A DNA stretch of 64,000 nt from Thecamonas trahens ATCC 50062 (taxonomy: Eukaryota > Protista > Apusomonadida). The stretch is from positions 248,001-312,000 of the forward strand of contig NW_013657675.1 in assembly GCF_000142905.1 (NCBI RefSeq). The letters are read 5' to 3'. Each line of letters opens with the position of its first letter. Position 1 is the stretch's first letter. The notes beneath the pieces are model-generated. The model had not been told where the DNA came from and searched no databases. It saw only the letters and a list, made by a program, of their open reading frames with translations. This document shows positions 1 to 10,792 of this stretch, in pieces. The translations under genes and the position numbers were made by a program.

Positions 1-899
1 CGGCTCGTTATCGACATCGCTCGCAGCTGCGGCGACGGGCGTGGCCAGCTGACGGGCATCGACCATGCCGACCTGGCGAGCGAACGCCGGCGGGAGCGGC
101 TTGGCAAACGCGCTCACCCGCATGTGCTCCGGCTGCGGGTTCGGCGGGCGGTGGACGCCAAATGGACTGGCGCCCTGGGTGTAGCTCATCCGCTGGACCA
201 TGCCAAGAACGAGGTCCATGTCAAGCCCGGAACCATCACAGAGCGTATCCACCAGCGTGTCTGCGCTCCCGCCCTTGCCCACCTGCCTCACCAGCGGGCG
301 CGCCGCCCGGTCAGGTGCGGCATCAGGCCGGGTGATGTGCGGGTGTGTGGCGTGGACCGTCTCCGTCACCGCTGGCAGTGCCGTCAGCACCTCTGCCGAC
401 GTCGCCGCCACCATCGCCCGCGCCTTGGACGACGTCTCCCGCAGCGCCCGCTTGAGCAAATAAGCTCTCCGGACCCGTTCAACTACTCCGTGCCGCCGAC
501 CCCCCCCCGCCCCAGTCCCAATCCCCCCGTCGCATATGACCATGTCCCAGCACCGGTATCAGCCCCCTGTAAGTCCTCCTCCTCCCCCTCCCTCCCCCCC
601 TCCCTCCTCCTTTCCCTCCCCAACCTACCTCTCGCCACCTCGGTCTGCAGCGCAGCATCTGTTCGTAGGATGTCGGTGACGAGGGCCAGCATGGCCTCGT
701 CCGTTGGTGTTGGCCCAATGCCCTCAGCGGCGGCACGGAGAGCGGCAAAGTAGCCATTGAGGGCAGCGGCGAGGGCAGCTAGCGCTGCACGGGCTGCGCG
801 GGTGCTGCTCCCACCGCCACCCATATCGCCTCCTGCCCGACTGCCCTCGCTTGCGCCCACCACTGCCACCCCCACGCCACTTGCCTCTGTCTGCGACAT
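1..899 (-). CDS. MED4: Mediator subunit 4-like protein; 2 exons (899-629, 482-<1), runs off the window start
   Basis: Phase-1 intron 628-483 (G|GTAGGT...GTAG|TT) joins ..EVAR-V-ERVRRAYLL. Exon 2 encodes LVLGMVQRMSYTQGASPFGVHRPPNPQPEHMRVSAF, resembling the Med4 C-terminal RISY...PPxPQxExMR motif. Confidence 0.6.
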
Positions 900-969
900 G
901 CCCTCCCGTCACAAGTCGAGTGTCCGTCACCGCGCCGCCGCCGCCACCGCCACCGCCACCGCCACCGCG

Positions 970-2301
970 CTACGCTCTCTCTCCGTCGCATGCCATGCGC
1001 GATACACATCGCATCACATCCTGCCATTTACTACCCCTCGGCAGTAAAGTAGTGGGCCGTGCCCGAGTCCGAGTCGGACGCTGACCAGTCTGACGACGTC
1101 TTGCCATGCCGGCTGGCGCTATGCCGGCTGGTCGCCCGCCGACGCCGGCTGGTCCGACGTCCGCTGGTCCGACGCCGACTGGTGCGATGCGAGCTAGCTG
1201 CCTCGCCCTCACGCCGCCGCCGCTTTTCTTGCGGCTGGCTCGCGGCGATCCTGGGAGCGAGGCGGTAACGGGAGCAGCGAGGTCTGCGGACCGAGTGCGC
1301 GAGGCCGACGTCGCCGATACCGGACGGTCACTGCAGCGACGGCGGTGCGGGCGACTGGCGGACTTCACCTCGGGCTCGTACTTCATCTCAGGTTCGGACT
1401 CAGATACGAGCCTAGCCAGAGCGGCGTCGTCGCTCGCACGGGTGTCGCCCGCCTCGTTGTACGGCTCGTTGGCGCGCCAGGCCTCGATGGCGGTAAACGA
1501 AGCCTCGATGCCGGCGGAGAAAGGGACAAAATCACGGTGGAGATCGGCGGTGCCGCCGAGCTCGTGCGGGAGCTGCGAGGCGAGGATGTGCTCTTGTAGC
1601 TCGGCCTGGTAGTTGTCGGTGAGAAAATGGACCTTGGCGCGGGTGGAGGCGTCAAGGAATGGCTTGGCGAGAGCCCAGAGGACCTTGAAGACCCGGCCGG
1701 CGTTGATGATGTATGCCGCGCCGAGGCGCTCGGGGTAGATGGCCTGCAGCGAGAGAAAGCCCTTTGCGCCTGCACGATCGAGGTTGGACCATCCAAAGTC
1801 AGCATAGTCTGCAATCATAGTGACCTGCTGGACCGGGGCACCCGGATAGAGCTCGTGCCGCTCGGCGTACTCCATCATGAACATGTTGGTCGCCATGTAC
1901 TGATCGAGCGGCGAGATGGAGCTTTTGTGACGCTTGTTGACAAACCAGGAGACAACCCGCCCGGCCTTATCGCGCCCGAGGGGATGGACCTTGTCTGTGG
2001 CGAGCTCGGCCCGGATCCGCGGGTCATCGAGGCTGAGGAGGAACGGCTTGTGCTCGAGACGCCAGGCGATCATGTCACGGACGTGCTTGATCGTCGCCTC
2101 ACGCTCAAAGGCCACAGCCTTGCCGAACCGGAACGTGTCGTACAGTGTGTGGACAAAGGCGTCGACGCCTGCATCCGCCCGCTCCGCGTTGAGCTTGCCC
2201 AGCTCGGCCGCCACAGCAGCCACCACCGCCGCGTGCGTCGCCTCGAGTGTCCCGGACGCCAGCGCCTCCACATACGCTGGATCCGCCTCTGCCATTCGCA
2301 T
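970..2301 (-). CDS. CRAL-TRIO/Sec14 lipid-binding protein with low-complexity basic tail
   Basis: [62 protein letters not shown] and LPHELGG are typical CRAL-TRIO motifs. Start chosen at ATG 2301 (alternative 2295). Confidence 0.85.
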   Translation of the reverse strand: MRMAEADPAYVEALASGTLEATHAAVVAAVAAELGKLNAERADAGVDAFVHTLYDTFRFGKAVAFEREATIKHVRDMIAWRLEHKPFLLSLDDPRIRAELATDKVHPLGRDKAGRVVSWFVNKRHKSSISPLDQYMATNMFMMEYAERHELYPGAPVQQVTMIADYADFGWSNLDRAGAKGFLSLQAIYPERLGAAYIINAGRVFKVLWALAKPFLDASTRAKVHFLTDNYQAELQEHILASQLPHELGGTADLHRDFVPFSAGIEASFTAIEAWRANEPYNEAGDTRASDDAALARLVSESEPEMKYEPEVKSASRPHRRRCSDRPVSATSASRTRSADLAAPVTASLPGSPRASRKKSGGGVRARQLARIAPVGVGPADVGPAGVGGRPAGIAPAGMARRRQTGQRPTRTRARPTTLLPRGSKWQDVMRCVSRMACDGERA

Positions 2302-2474
2302 TCCTGTCCCGTGCGCCACCGTGTCGGCAGCAAGGGGGTGGTGACAGGTGCTTCTGGCCGAGTCTTGCTGGGGAGGGGGGGGGGGGGGGGGGAGTGGGTG
2401 GCTGACGCGAGTCACACACTGCACATGCAGAGCGGGACGATGTGCATTTATATGGGGAAAAAGCTGACGAGAGC

Positions 2475-2689
2475 TCAGATGGCAGCGAGAGCTGCACCGC
2501 CAGCATCACCGGCGGCGCCAGCGGTATCGGAGGCACGGCGCTTGACCCACCAGACAGCGCCGACGACGCCTGCGACAACGAGCGCGATAAAGATGACGAC
2601 ACCTGCGACAATGCCCGCAATAAGACCACCCGAGGCGCCTGATGACGACGACGGCGAGCCGCCACTGATCTGCCCGGCCGAGGCCGAGG

Positions 2690-2729
<40 letters not shown>

Positions 2730-4238
2730 ACCCGAGTCTGAGCCTGAGCCTGTGCCCGAGCCCGTACCCGAGCCTGAGCCCGAGCCCGAGCCCGAGCCCG
2801 AAGAGACCGGCGGCGACGGCGGCGGTGGGGTGCTGGCTGGGTTGATCGTGAGCTGGCCGGCGTTGATGACAAAGTCCTCACCGATCTCGACGAGCATGTG
2901 GTAGACGGCGGGCGCGAGCGATGATGTCGACATCGTAAGAAAGCTCACGTCGCGAATGCCGTTCGATGGGATGTCGGTGAGCTGACCGGAGAGGAGGAGA
3001 ACATCCGTTCCGCGGCTAAGGACGTCGTCGGTCGAGGCGTAGAGCGTAGCGGTGATATCCCCGGTTCCAGCATCGCCAACGTTGGCGACGCGGACGGCGA
3101 CCTGAGCGATGGTGCCGCCGACGTTAAGAGCCGAAGGCGTGACAACACGGACAAATGAGCCTGCCCAGGTCCGCATGTGCTCGACGAGCTGGACGGTGGG
3201 GGTAAACGACCTGCCCGCCCCGACCCAGCCGTTAATGTCGTTGATGGTTGACGCGATGAGCTTGCTCACATAGCCAGCCGAAAACTGCGGCGAGGCAAAC
3301 GGGTTGGTGGCAGAGAACAGGCCAGTCACGTTGCCGTCCTCGGCAAAGAACGGTCCACCATTGGTGCCGAGCGGCATCCAGACGTCAGCGTACATGGTGG
3401 CATCGGGCGACGGCGGCGACGGCGCGAGTGGCGTCGGCGGCGTCGGCCCGGCGTTGACCGTCTGGACGCCGAGCGACTCACCGTCAGCCATGCCGGCAAC
3501 ATCCGGATCAATGCCGTAGCCGTAGGCGGTGAAAGGACCGTAGAGGGGGGCGGTGGGGACAGAGCGCTGCGGAGGCCAGCCAGTCCGATCGCCGGTAAAG
3601 CCGTCGACAAAGATGATGCCGTAGTTGTACTGGAGGGCGTCAATGGTGCCGAGGTCGGTGGCGGGCGTCGACTGCCACTCGGAAGGAAAGCTGTCGAACG
3701 GTGCGATGCCATTAAAGGTGCCGAACGGGTTGTCGATCTGCGCCCCGCCGCGGATGCACCCCTTGCAGGCTGCCGGCGTGACCCGGATCTCGGCGGCAGC
3801 TGCAGCCGGAGGGCTCGGACCGGCCGACGGCGGCAGCGGGCGGCGATACAGCGCCGCCGCCGACGTCAGCACCGCGTTCCGCCCGGCCATGACGCCCGTA
3901 AAGGTTCCTGAGAACGTGCCAGCCGGGTCGTCGGTGTAGCGGACCTTGACACGGACAATCGAGTAAGCAGTCGGATCAGAAACAGCGGTGATGACCACCG
4001 GCGGCGGCGGACCAGGCGGCGCAGACTGGAGCAGCTTGCGGGCCATGCCGGCCCCACCTTCCGCACTCACCACCGGAGCATGGCCGTCGTGGGCTGAATG
4101 GTTGTCACCCAAAAAACGCTCTCCAGCCGAAAGCTTAGCCACCTGCGGTGCCTGGCCAGGGAGTACGTCAGCAGCCGCGCCTGCGGCGAGCGCAACAAGA
4201 AGCAGAGCACCAAGTGCAGCAAGAACGCGAGTCTGCAT
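2475..4238 (-). CDS. Type I membrane protein: signal peptide, trypsin/V8-like pseudoprotease, CARDB/Ig-like domain, GS linker, TM helix
   Basis: [23 protein letters not shown] signal. [19 protein letters not shown] / YNYGII / GTNGGP align with the S1 protease LTAAHC / DYGII / GxSGGP motifs. [16 protein letters not shown] is CARDB-like. [30 protein letters not shown] is the TM. Confidence 0.7.
2690..2798 (-). repeat. Hexamer tandem repeat (GGCTCA/GGCTCG) encoding a (GS)n linker
   Basis: gagcct/gagccc repeated about 18 times on the + strand. Confidence 0.9.
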
Positions 4239-4837
4239 ACCTTCTTGGCTTGTTGGGTCAAAGTCGAATGTCCCCGCCACGGCTACCCCCTTCCTCTCTT
4301 CCTCTCCTCCCTCCTGCCCAATGCCACTTTTCGCGTGTTGGCAGTAGCAGCAGCTGCAACGCTCGGCAAACACTCCTTTTTGAGCAGTCACGAGTGTGGC
4401 GCACGCTTATTTTTTTAATTGGCCAGGGAGCACGTCAGCAGCCGCCGACGCGGCTGCGGTGTCGGAGAGTGAGGGTGGGGGGGTGTAGATGGCTGGAGTG
4501 GGATGAGTGTGGTGGCTATGGCTGCTGCAGCTAGCGCTGCTGCTGTGGCCGAGGCCGAGGCGATCAGCGAGTGATCGAGTGACGGCTAGCCGCTCGTCGC
4601 TCAGCCACTCGCTGGCGTGAGGCCGTGCTGATGCTGCTGCGGGAGAAGGTGAAGTCCAAGCCCGAGGCGGCGATGACCAGGTTGGTGATAATGCTGATGC
4701 TGATGAGAATAGTGATGGGGGCGAGGGATGGCGATGGCTGGCGATGGGAGTGATGGTTGAGGCGGCGGCGGTGATGGTAGCGATGGTGGACGACGACCAT
4801 AGGCGGTTGCCGTTGCGGTGGCCTAGGCTGCGACTCC

Positions 4838-4866
4838 CGAGAAGAGAGAGAGAGAGAGAGAGAGGA
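4838..4866. repeat. (GA)n microsatellite
   Basis: gagagagagagagagagagaga run. Confidence 0.9.
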
Positions 4867-5443
4867 AGAGGGTTGTGATGAAGGGGGAGGAATGAATGAA
4901 CCATGCATCGCAAACAAGCCAGCTGCTGTGGATGACCATCGGCGCCGGGTCGCTGCCGGGCGGGCTCTTGTGAGCGACAGCCCAAACGAGCGAGCGCACA
5001 ACCCAAGTTCGAGGCCGAGGTCGAGGATGAGGGCGCAAGATCGGGATCAGAAGGACGAATAGAAGCACGACAGCGAGCACGATGACACAGATACTGTTGG
5101 CCTGATGCACATGAATGTCATCGTTGTCGTCGTCACCATCACCATCACCTCCACCGCCAGTCGCCAGCCCAGCCCACCCACCCCTCCTCACCGACATCGA
5201 CACCAACTGACGATGGCGTACCCACGGCCACTTTCTAGCCTGGTCCTACTCACCCCCTCTCTCGCCCTCCTCCACCTCGCCCCACAGTCCACAACTGCCC
5301 CTTCCTGCAATCCGAAGCCCTCGTCTCCATCGACGCCCCTCCTGCCAACTGCGCCGCTGATCACGACTAGGCCCAAGTCCGACTCCCCCCAAGCAAGCCA
5401 GTGTCAACACATATCTCGCCGCTCACCACGCGCGTTTGCTACC

Positions 5444-6364
5444 TCAGGCGGCACGAAAGGCGCGGACAAAGGCCATCTTGAAGGCCTTGATGTGACGGGC
5501 GTGCTCGTCGCTGCCGGGTCGGAGGAGCTCGTCCAGGGCGGCGCAGCCGGCGGCAAGGAGCTCGGCACGGAGCTCGAGGAGGCGTGGGATGGAGACGAGC
5601 TTGTCGGTGTAGTCTGTGGTGAGGACCTCAAGATCTGCTGACGGCTCGAGGATGCGGAGGGCGATGAAGCTTTCGAGAGCGAGGGAGGCGGCCGAGGCGC
5701 GCGGGCGGCGTCGGCGGGCAGCGGGTGGGACCTTTGCAGCCTTTGCGGCTTGGGCCTTTGCCTTGGCCTGCGACGAGCCCGGAGGCTGGGCGCCAGCGGT
5801 GTCGGCAAGGAACAGCTCCAGCTCGTCGACTGATGGCTCGCGCAGCAGGTGCGGGTGCGGATTGCGGTAGCCATGGAGATCTGCACCGCGGCTGTAGCGC
5901 AGATCGACCGGATGCGACGCGTTGGGCTCATGCGGGCCGGGCATCGGCAGGTAGTGTGAAACCTCGGGCGGGCCAAGGAAGACCGGGTGGGCCACCGGGT
6001 GGTTGCGGTTCTTGTGGGCGTCGAGCCGCGCAGCGTGCGCCCGCATCCGCCGCACCATATGGAAGATGTTGGCATTGTGCTCACGCGCAATGTCCGATGG
6101 CCGTCGCGCATCCTTTCCACACGCTCGATCCAGCACAGTTGTGCCCAGCGGACGGCCCGGGCTCGTGCCCGAGCCGCGGATTCGGCGGCGGCGAACCCGT
6201 TGCCGGCTGCGGCTCCGTGTGGCTCTGAACTCGCTCTTCCTCGCCGACTCGGCCAATAGCGCCTGCAGATGCGCGTCCCGCCGGGCAGACACCATGGCTG
6301 CCCCGCCAAGCCCGCGCGTGTCGGGCGTAAACGTGCCCCGGTACCGCGGCGAGCGGTGCGCCAT
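5444..6364 (-). CDS. Hypothetical protein
   Basis: GC3-biased ORF; likely start MAHRSPRYRG (6364). The C-terminal half looks helical/globular (ESFIALRILEPSADLEVLTTDY...). No family recognised. Confidence 0.5.
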   Translation of the reverse strand: MAHRSPRYRGTFTPDTRGLGGAAMVSARRDAHLQALLAESARKSEFRATRSRSRQRVRRRRIRGSGTSPGRPLGTTVLDRACGKDARRPSDIAREHNANIFHMVRRMRAHAARLDAHKNRNHPVAHPVFLGPPEVSHYLPMPGPHEPNASHPVDLRYSRGADLHGYRNPHPHLLREPSVDELELFLADTAGAQPPGSSQAKAKAQAAKAAKVPPAARRRRPRASAASLALESFIALRILEPSADLEVLTTDYTDKLVSIPRLLELRAELLAAGCAALDELLRPGSDEHARHIKAFKMAFVRAFRAA

Positions 6365-6589
6365 AAGCGCAAGAGTCGTGTGGGGTCTTGGGCCGTCGAA
6401 TCGTTGACCGACTGGTGGCGGCTGGCATGGCAACCTAACCGTCAGCCTCCTTTCGTCAACCGACCACTGTCGTTTTTCCATTTCTTCTTGTTCATTCATT
6501 CCAACGGTTGGAAGGCCAAACAAAGGCAGCCGCCGTGTGCAGCAGCGACAGCGACGGCGACCAGCACCACCTATCTCAAGTCACTCAAG

Positions 6590-7211
6590 GTACGCCACCC
6601 ACTCCCACCTCGACCCTCACGCAAACCTTTCTACACACCTCCTACTCCCCTTTCCCTCCATCCTCCCCACGCCCTTCACCCCTCTCGCTACCCTCGCATC
6701 CCTTCCTCCTTTCCACTCTCCCCAGCCCTCGGCCCACCTCCCTCCCTCCCACCTTGCCCAGTTTTCTTCTTCCCCNNNNNNNNNNNNNNNNNNNNNNNNN
6801 NNNNNNNNNNNNNNNNNNNNNNNNNNNNNNNNNNNNNNNNNNNNNNNNNNNNNNNNNNNNNNNNNNNNNNNNNNNNNNNNNNNNNNNNNNNNNNNNNNNN
6901 NNNNNNNNNNNNNNNNNNNNNNNNNNNNNNNNNNNNNNNNNNNNNNNNNNNNNNNNNNNNNNNNNNNNNNNNNNNNNNNNNNNNNNNNNNNNNNNNNNNN
7001 NNNNNNNNNNNNNNNNNNNNNNNNNNNNNNNNNNNNNNNNNNNNNNNNNNNNNNNNNNNNNNNNNNNNNNNNNNNNNNNNNNNNNNNNNNNNNNNNNNNN
7101 NNNNNNNNNNNNNNNNNNNNNCCCACCTTCCACCACCCGCCACCTGCGACCTTTTTTTGGGCAGCCATCGAACAACAGCTCCTCACCCACCCCACCCTTG
7201 GACTTGCGCAG
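6590..7211 (+). other. Putative 5'-UTR intron of UBA1 (spans the assembly gap)
   Basis: AAG|GTACGC donor identical to the RFC3, PITP and CDC14 donors, C-rich body, GCGCAG acceptor 3 nt before the ATG. Confidence 0.55.
6776..7121. other. Assembly gap (N run)
   Basis: 346 Ns flanked by C-rich low-complexity sequence. Confidence 1.
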
Positions 7212-7214
7212 AAC

Positions 7215-10200
7215 ATGTCGGCTGCTGCTGCTTCGGCGTCCAATGCGGGTGCGTCCAACGCAGGTGGAAACGTGGAGATCGACGAGGACCTCCAATCGCG
7301 CCAGCTGGCGGTGTACGGGCGTGAGGCCATGATGCGGCTCGCCAAGTCCAAGGTGCTCATCACGGGCATGGACGGGCTCGGAGCTGAGATTGCCAAGAAC
7401 GTGATTCTGGCCAACGTCGGCAGCGTGACACTCCACGATACGGCCGAAGTTGCCATTGCTGACCTTGGAGCTCACTTTTACCTCAAGGAGGAGGATGTGG
7501 GCAAGAACCGTGCCGAGGCGTGCCTGGGCGAGCTGCAGGAGCTCAACCCGTCGGTGATGACTGTGGCGTCGCAGCGCGACCTCGAGCCCAAGTTCCTTGC
7601 CGAGTTCCAGATTGTGGTCTGCGTCTCGACGCCGCTCGCCGAGGCCTGCCGCATCAACGAGTACTGCCGGTCTGCGCGCCCGCCGATTGCCTTTGTCTAC
7701 ACCTCTGCATACGGCCTTGCCGGCGCGGCGTTCTCGGACTTTGGCCCCGACTTTCCGGTCTTTGACTGGTCGGGCGAGGCCAAGAAGTCTGCGATTGTGG
7801 CCAAGATCAGCCAGGCGAACCCTGCGGTGGTGACGTGCGTGTTTGACAAGAACGACCCGCACTCGCGACACGACCTTGCCGAGGGCGAGGTTGTCGAGTT
7901 TGCCGAGGTCAAGGGTATGACCGAGCTCAACGGCAACGCGTACACGGTGAAGGAGGTGATCAATCCGTGGATGTTCTCGATCGAGGTCGACACGACCGGC
8001 TTTGGCGAGTACTTTGACGGCGGCCTGGTGACCGAGAAGCGCATGCCGCGCTTTATTCCGTTCCGCTCGCTCCGCGAGACGCTGCACTCGCCGGGCGAGT
8101 TCCTTGTTTCGGACTGGGGCAAGTGGGGCCGCCCGGCCCTGCTCCACCTCGCGCTGCAGGCGCTCGACGCGTACCGGACCGAGCACGGAGGCGCTTACCC
8201 TGCGCCCGGCGACGCCGCGGCCGGCGACGCCGTCGTGGCCGCTGCCACCGAGCTCAACGCTGCCAAGCTCGCCGACCTCGATGCCGAGGCCGCGCGGCTG
8301 GAGGCGCAGAGCAAGGCGCTGGGCGCGGCGCTCGATGCCATGGACGCTGCGGCGCTCGGCCTCGACGTCGAGGGCTCGCCCGAGGCTGCGGCTGGGCTGA
8401 GCGCGGCGCGCACTGAGGTCGAGGCGCAGCTCAAGGCTGTCCGCGACCGGCAGGGCGCCATGGGCTGGGAGCGCATCGACGAAGTCGACGAGGCCACGCT
8501 GCGGAGCGTGGCATCGGGCTCGTCGGCCGTCCTCAACGCCATGGCCGCCTTTCTGGGCGGGCTCGTCGGGCAGGAGGTGGTCAAGGCCGGAACGTCCAAG
8601 TACATGCCGCTCAACCAGTGGTACCACTTTGACGCGCTCGAGTCGCTGCCGGCCGAGGCTGTCGACCCGGCCAGCCTTGCGCCGCGCGGCTCGCGGTACG
8701 ACGCCATGACTGCGGTCTACGGCGCCGAGCTGGTGGAGAAGATCCGCAACCTCAAGTACTTCCTTGTGGGCTCGGGCGCGCTTGGCTGCGAGTACCTCAA
8801 GAACTTTGCTCTCACCGGCGTGGGCACCGGCCCCGACGGCGAGGTTATTGTCACTGACGACGACGTCATCGAGCGGTCGAACCTCTCGCGGCAGTTCCTC
8901 TTCCGCAACTGGCACGTCAAGAAGTCCAAGTCGCTGAGCGCGTCCGAGGCGGCGATGGCCATGAACCCGGAGTTCAAGGTCAAGGCTCTGCAGGAGCGGG
9001 TCTCGCCGGACACCGAGAACATTTTCAACGATGCGTTCTGGTCCTCGCTCTCGGGCGTGTGCAACGCGCTCGACAACATCAAGGCGCGGCTGTACGTCGA
9101 CGAGCGGTGCGTGTTCTACGGCAAGTCGCTCCTCGAGTCGGGCACGCTCGGGCCCAAGTGCAACACTCAGGTTGTCGTCCCGCACCTGACCGAAAACTAC
9201 GGCGCGTCGCGCGACCCGCCGGAGCGCGAGGCCCCGCAGTGCACCATCCACAACTTTCCGCACACCATCGAGCACTGCCTCGTGTGGGCCAAGTCGGAGT
9301 TTACTGGCCTCTTTGAGACCTCGCCGGCCGAGGCGCAGAAGGTCCTCGACCTCGGTTCAGTCGATGCCTACGTCGAGACGATGCAGGCTTCGGGCGCCGG
9401 CATCGGTGACATCCTCAACAACCTGCGTGGTGACGAGACATGGGGCGGCGGCGTGACCGACATGCTCAACGACGTCCCGGCGTCGTACGACGACTGCGTC
9501 AAGTGGGCCCGCCACAAGTGGCAGATCTACGCCTCAAACATGATCCGCCTCCTCATCCACGTCTTCCCCGAGGACATGCTCACCTCTGAGGGCGGCCGGT
9601 TCTGGACTGCGCCCAAGCGCTTCCCCACCCCGCTCGAGTTTGACCTCGCTGACGACATGACCTTCCAGTTCCTCCGTGCCGCCTCGCTCCTCCGGGCCTC
9701 CACCTTTGGCATCAACAAGCCGGCGTCGGTGACCCGCGAGACCATTGCCGCTGCCCTCGCCTCGTACTCTGAGCCTGCCTTTGACCCCGCGGCGCTCGGC
9801 GACGTCAAGATCGAGTCGGACCCCAACGCTGAGGCCGGCGCCGCCGAGGGCACCGACGACGACATCTCCACCGTCGTCGCCGCCATTGCGCCCATCCCCG
9901 AGGTCAAGGCCAAGACCACCACCCTCTACCCGGAGGTGTTCGAAAAGGACGATGACACCAACCACCACATCGCCTTTATCCAGGCCCTCGGCTGCCTCCG
10001 CGCCCGCGCTTACGCCATCGCCGAGGTCGACATGCTCAAGGCCAAGCTCCTCGCCGGAAACATCATTCCGGCCATCGCCACCGCCACCGCCATGGCTGCA
10101 GGCTGCTGCATGTTTGAGCTGGTCAAGCTCGCCCAGGGCCTCCCCGTCGACGCCTACCGCAACTCGTTCTTCAACCTCGGCGTCATGGCCTTTTCTGCCG

Positions 10201-10667
10201 CCGACCCCATGCCGCCGGCCAAGATCACCTCTCGCCAGGAGACCATCAAGCCCGACCCCGAGAACTACCCGGACTATGAGGAGGAGCGCGACATCATCGC
10301 CTTCCCCGACCCGCACACCGCATGGGACGCCGTTGTCATCGACATTGGCGCCGCAGGCACCGTCGCCGACGTCCTCGCCTACTTTGACTCGCACAACCTC
10401 TCGGTCATGTCCATCGCCGTCAACGGCGGCCTCATCTACCGCGCAGGCGCCTCGGGCGACGCCGTCAAGGGCAACGTCTTTGTCGACCACGTTGCCGAGA
10501 AGGTCGGCGCAGACGCCTCGCGCGGCTTTGTCGTCATCGAGCCGCTCTGCGAAGGCGCCGACATGCAGGAGATCGAGTTCCCGCCGCTGGTCCTGGTCAA
10601 GGTCTCGGACGGCTACGCCCTCTCCCGCACCGCCACCACGTCGATGGGCAAGCCTGTGGATGCGTAA
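7215..10667 (+). CDS. UBA1: Ubiquitin-activating enzyme E1
   Basis: IDEDLQSRQLAVYG, GLGAEIAKNVIL, VGSGALGCEYLKN, SNLSRQFLFR, catalytic PQCTIHNFP (Cys ~9240), FEKDDDTNHH, IIPAIATATA. Confidence 0.93.
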   Translation: MSAAAASASNAGASNAGGNVEIDEDLQSRQLAVYGREAMMRLAKSKVLITGMDGLGAEIAKNVILANVGSVTLHDTAEVAIADLGAHFYLKEEDVGKNRAEACLGELQELNPSVMTVASQRDLEPKFLAEFQIVVCVSTPLAEACRINEYCRSARPPIAFVYTSAYGLAGAAFSDFGPDFPVFDWSGEAKKSAIVAKISQANPAVVTCVFDKNDPHSRHDLAEGEVVEFAEVKGMTELNGNAYTVKEVINPWMFSIEVDTTGFGEYFDGGLVTEKRMPRFIPFRSLRETLHSPGEFLVSDWGKWGRPALLHLALQALDAYRTEHGGAYPAPGDAAAGDAVVAAATELNAAKLADLDAEAARLEAQSKALGAALDAMDAAALGLDVEGSPEAAAGLSAARTEVEAQLKAVRDRQGAMGWERIDEVDEATLRSVASGSSAVLNAMAAFLGGLVGQEVVKAGTSKYMPLNQWYHFDALESLPAEAVDPASLAPRGSRYDAMTAVYGAELVEKIRNLKYFLVGSGALGCEYLKNFALTGVGTGPDGEVIVTDDDVIERSNLSRQFLFRNWHVKKSKSLSASEAAMAMNPEFKVKALQERVSPDTENIFNDAFWSSLSGVCNALDNIKARLYVDERCVFYGKSLLESGTLGPKCNTQVVVPHLTENYGASRDPPEREAPQCTIHNFPHTIEHCLVWAKSEFTGLFETSPAEAQKVLDLGSVDAYVETMQASGAGIGDILNNLRGDETWGGGVTDMLNDVPASYDDCVKWARHKWQIYASNMIRLLIHVFPEDMLTSEGGRFWTAPKRFPTPLEFDLADDMTFQFLRAASLLRASTFGINKPASVTRETIAAALASYSEPAFDPAALGDVKIESDPNAEAGAAEGTDDDISTVVAAIAPIPEVKAKTTTLYPEVFEKDDDTNHHIAFIQALGCLRARAYAIAEVDMLKAKLLAGNIIPAIATATAMAAGCCMFELVKLAQGLPVDAYRNSFFNLGVMAFSAADPMPPAKITSRQETIKPDPENYPDYEEERDIIAFPDPHTAWDAVVIDIGAAGTVADVLAYFDSHNLSVMSIAVNGGLIYRAGASGDAVKGNVFVDHVAEKVGADASRGFVVIEPLCEGADMQEIEFPPLVLVKVSDGYALSRTATTSMGKPVDA

Positions 10668-10792
10668 GTGGCTGCTTATCATGCCATCATTGAACGAGTG
10701 ACCTGTGTTGCCTCCCCCCCATGGCTGTGCCCTTGTGTGCGTGTCACCCACCTGCCTGCCCAGCTTTTGCAACCCCCACCCCACTCTCCACC

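Noticed and set aside
2690-2798. Possible CRISPR-like or telomeric array
   Set aside because: In-frame hexamer repeat encoding GS, with no spacers.
4407-5400. Short ORFs between the pseudoprotease and the hypothetical gene
   Set aside because: Low-complexity sequence without consistent codon bias or motifs; treated as noncoding.
6269-7214. N-terminal extension of UBA1 through the N run
   Set aside because: Artefact of translating Ns; the region looks like a 5'-UTR intron.
6642-9275. Long antisense and alternate-frame ORFs (e.g. 6642-9275, 9534-10784, 21985-23196, 55818-57074, 61847-62911)
   Set aside because: They are shadows of GC3-biased real genes on the opposite strand and show no independent motifs.
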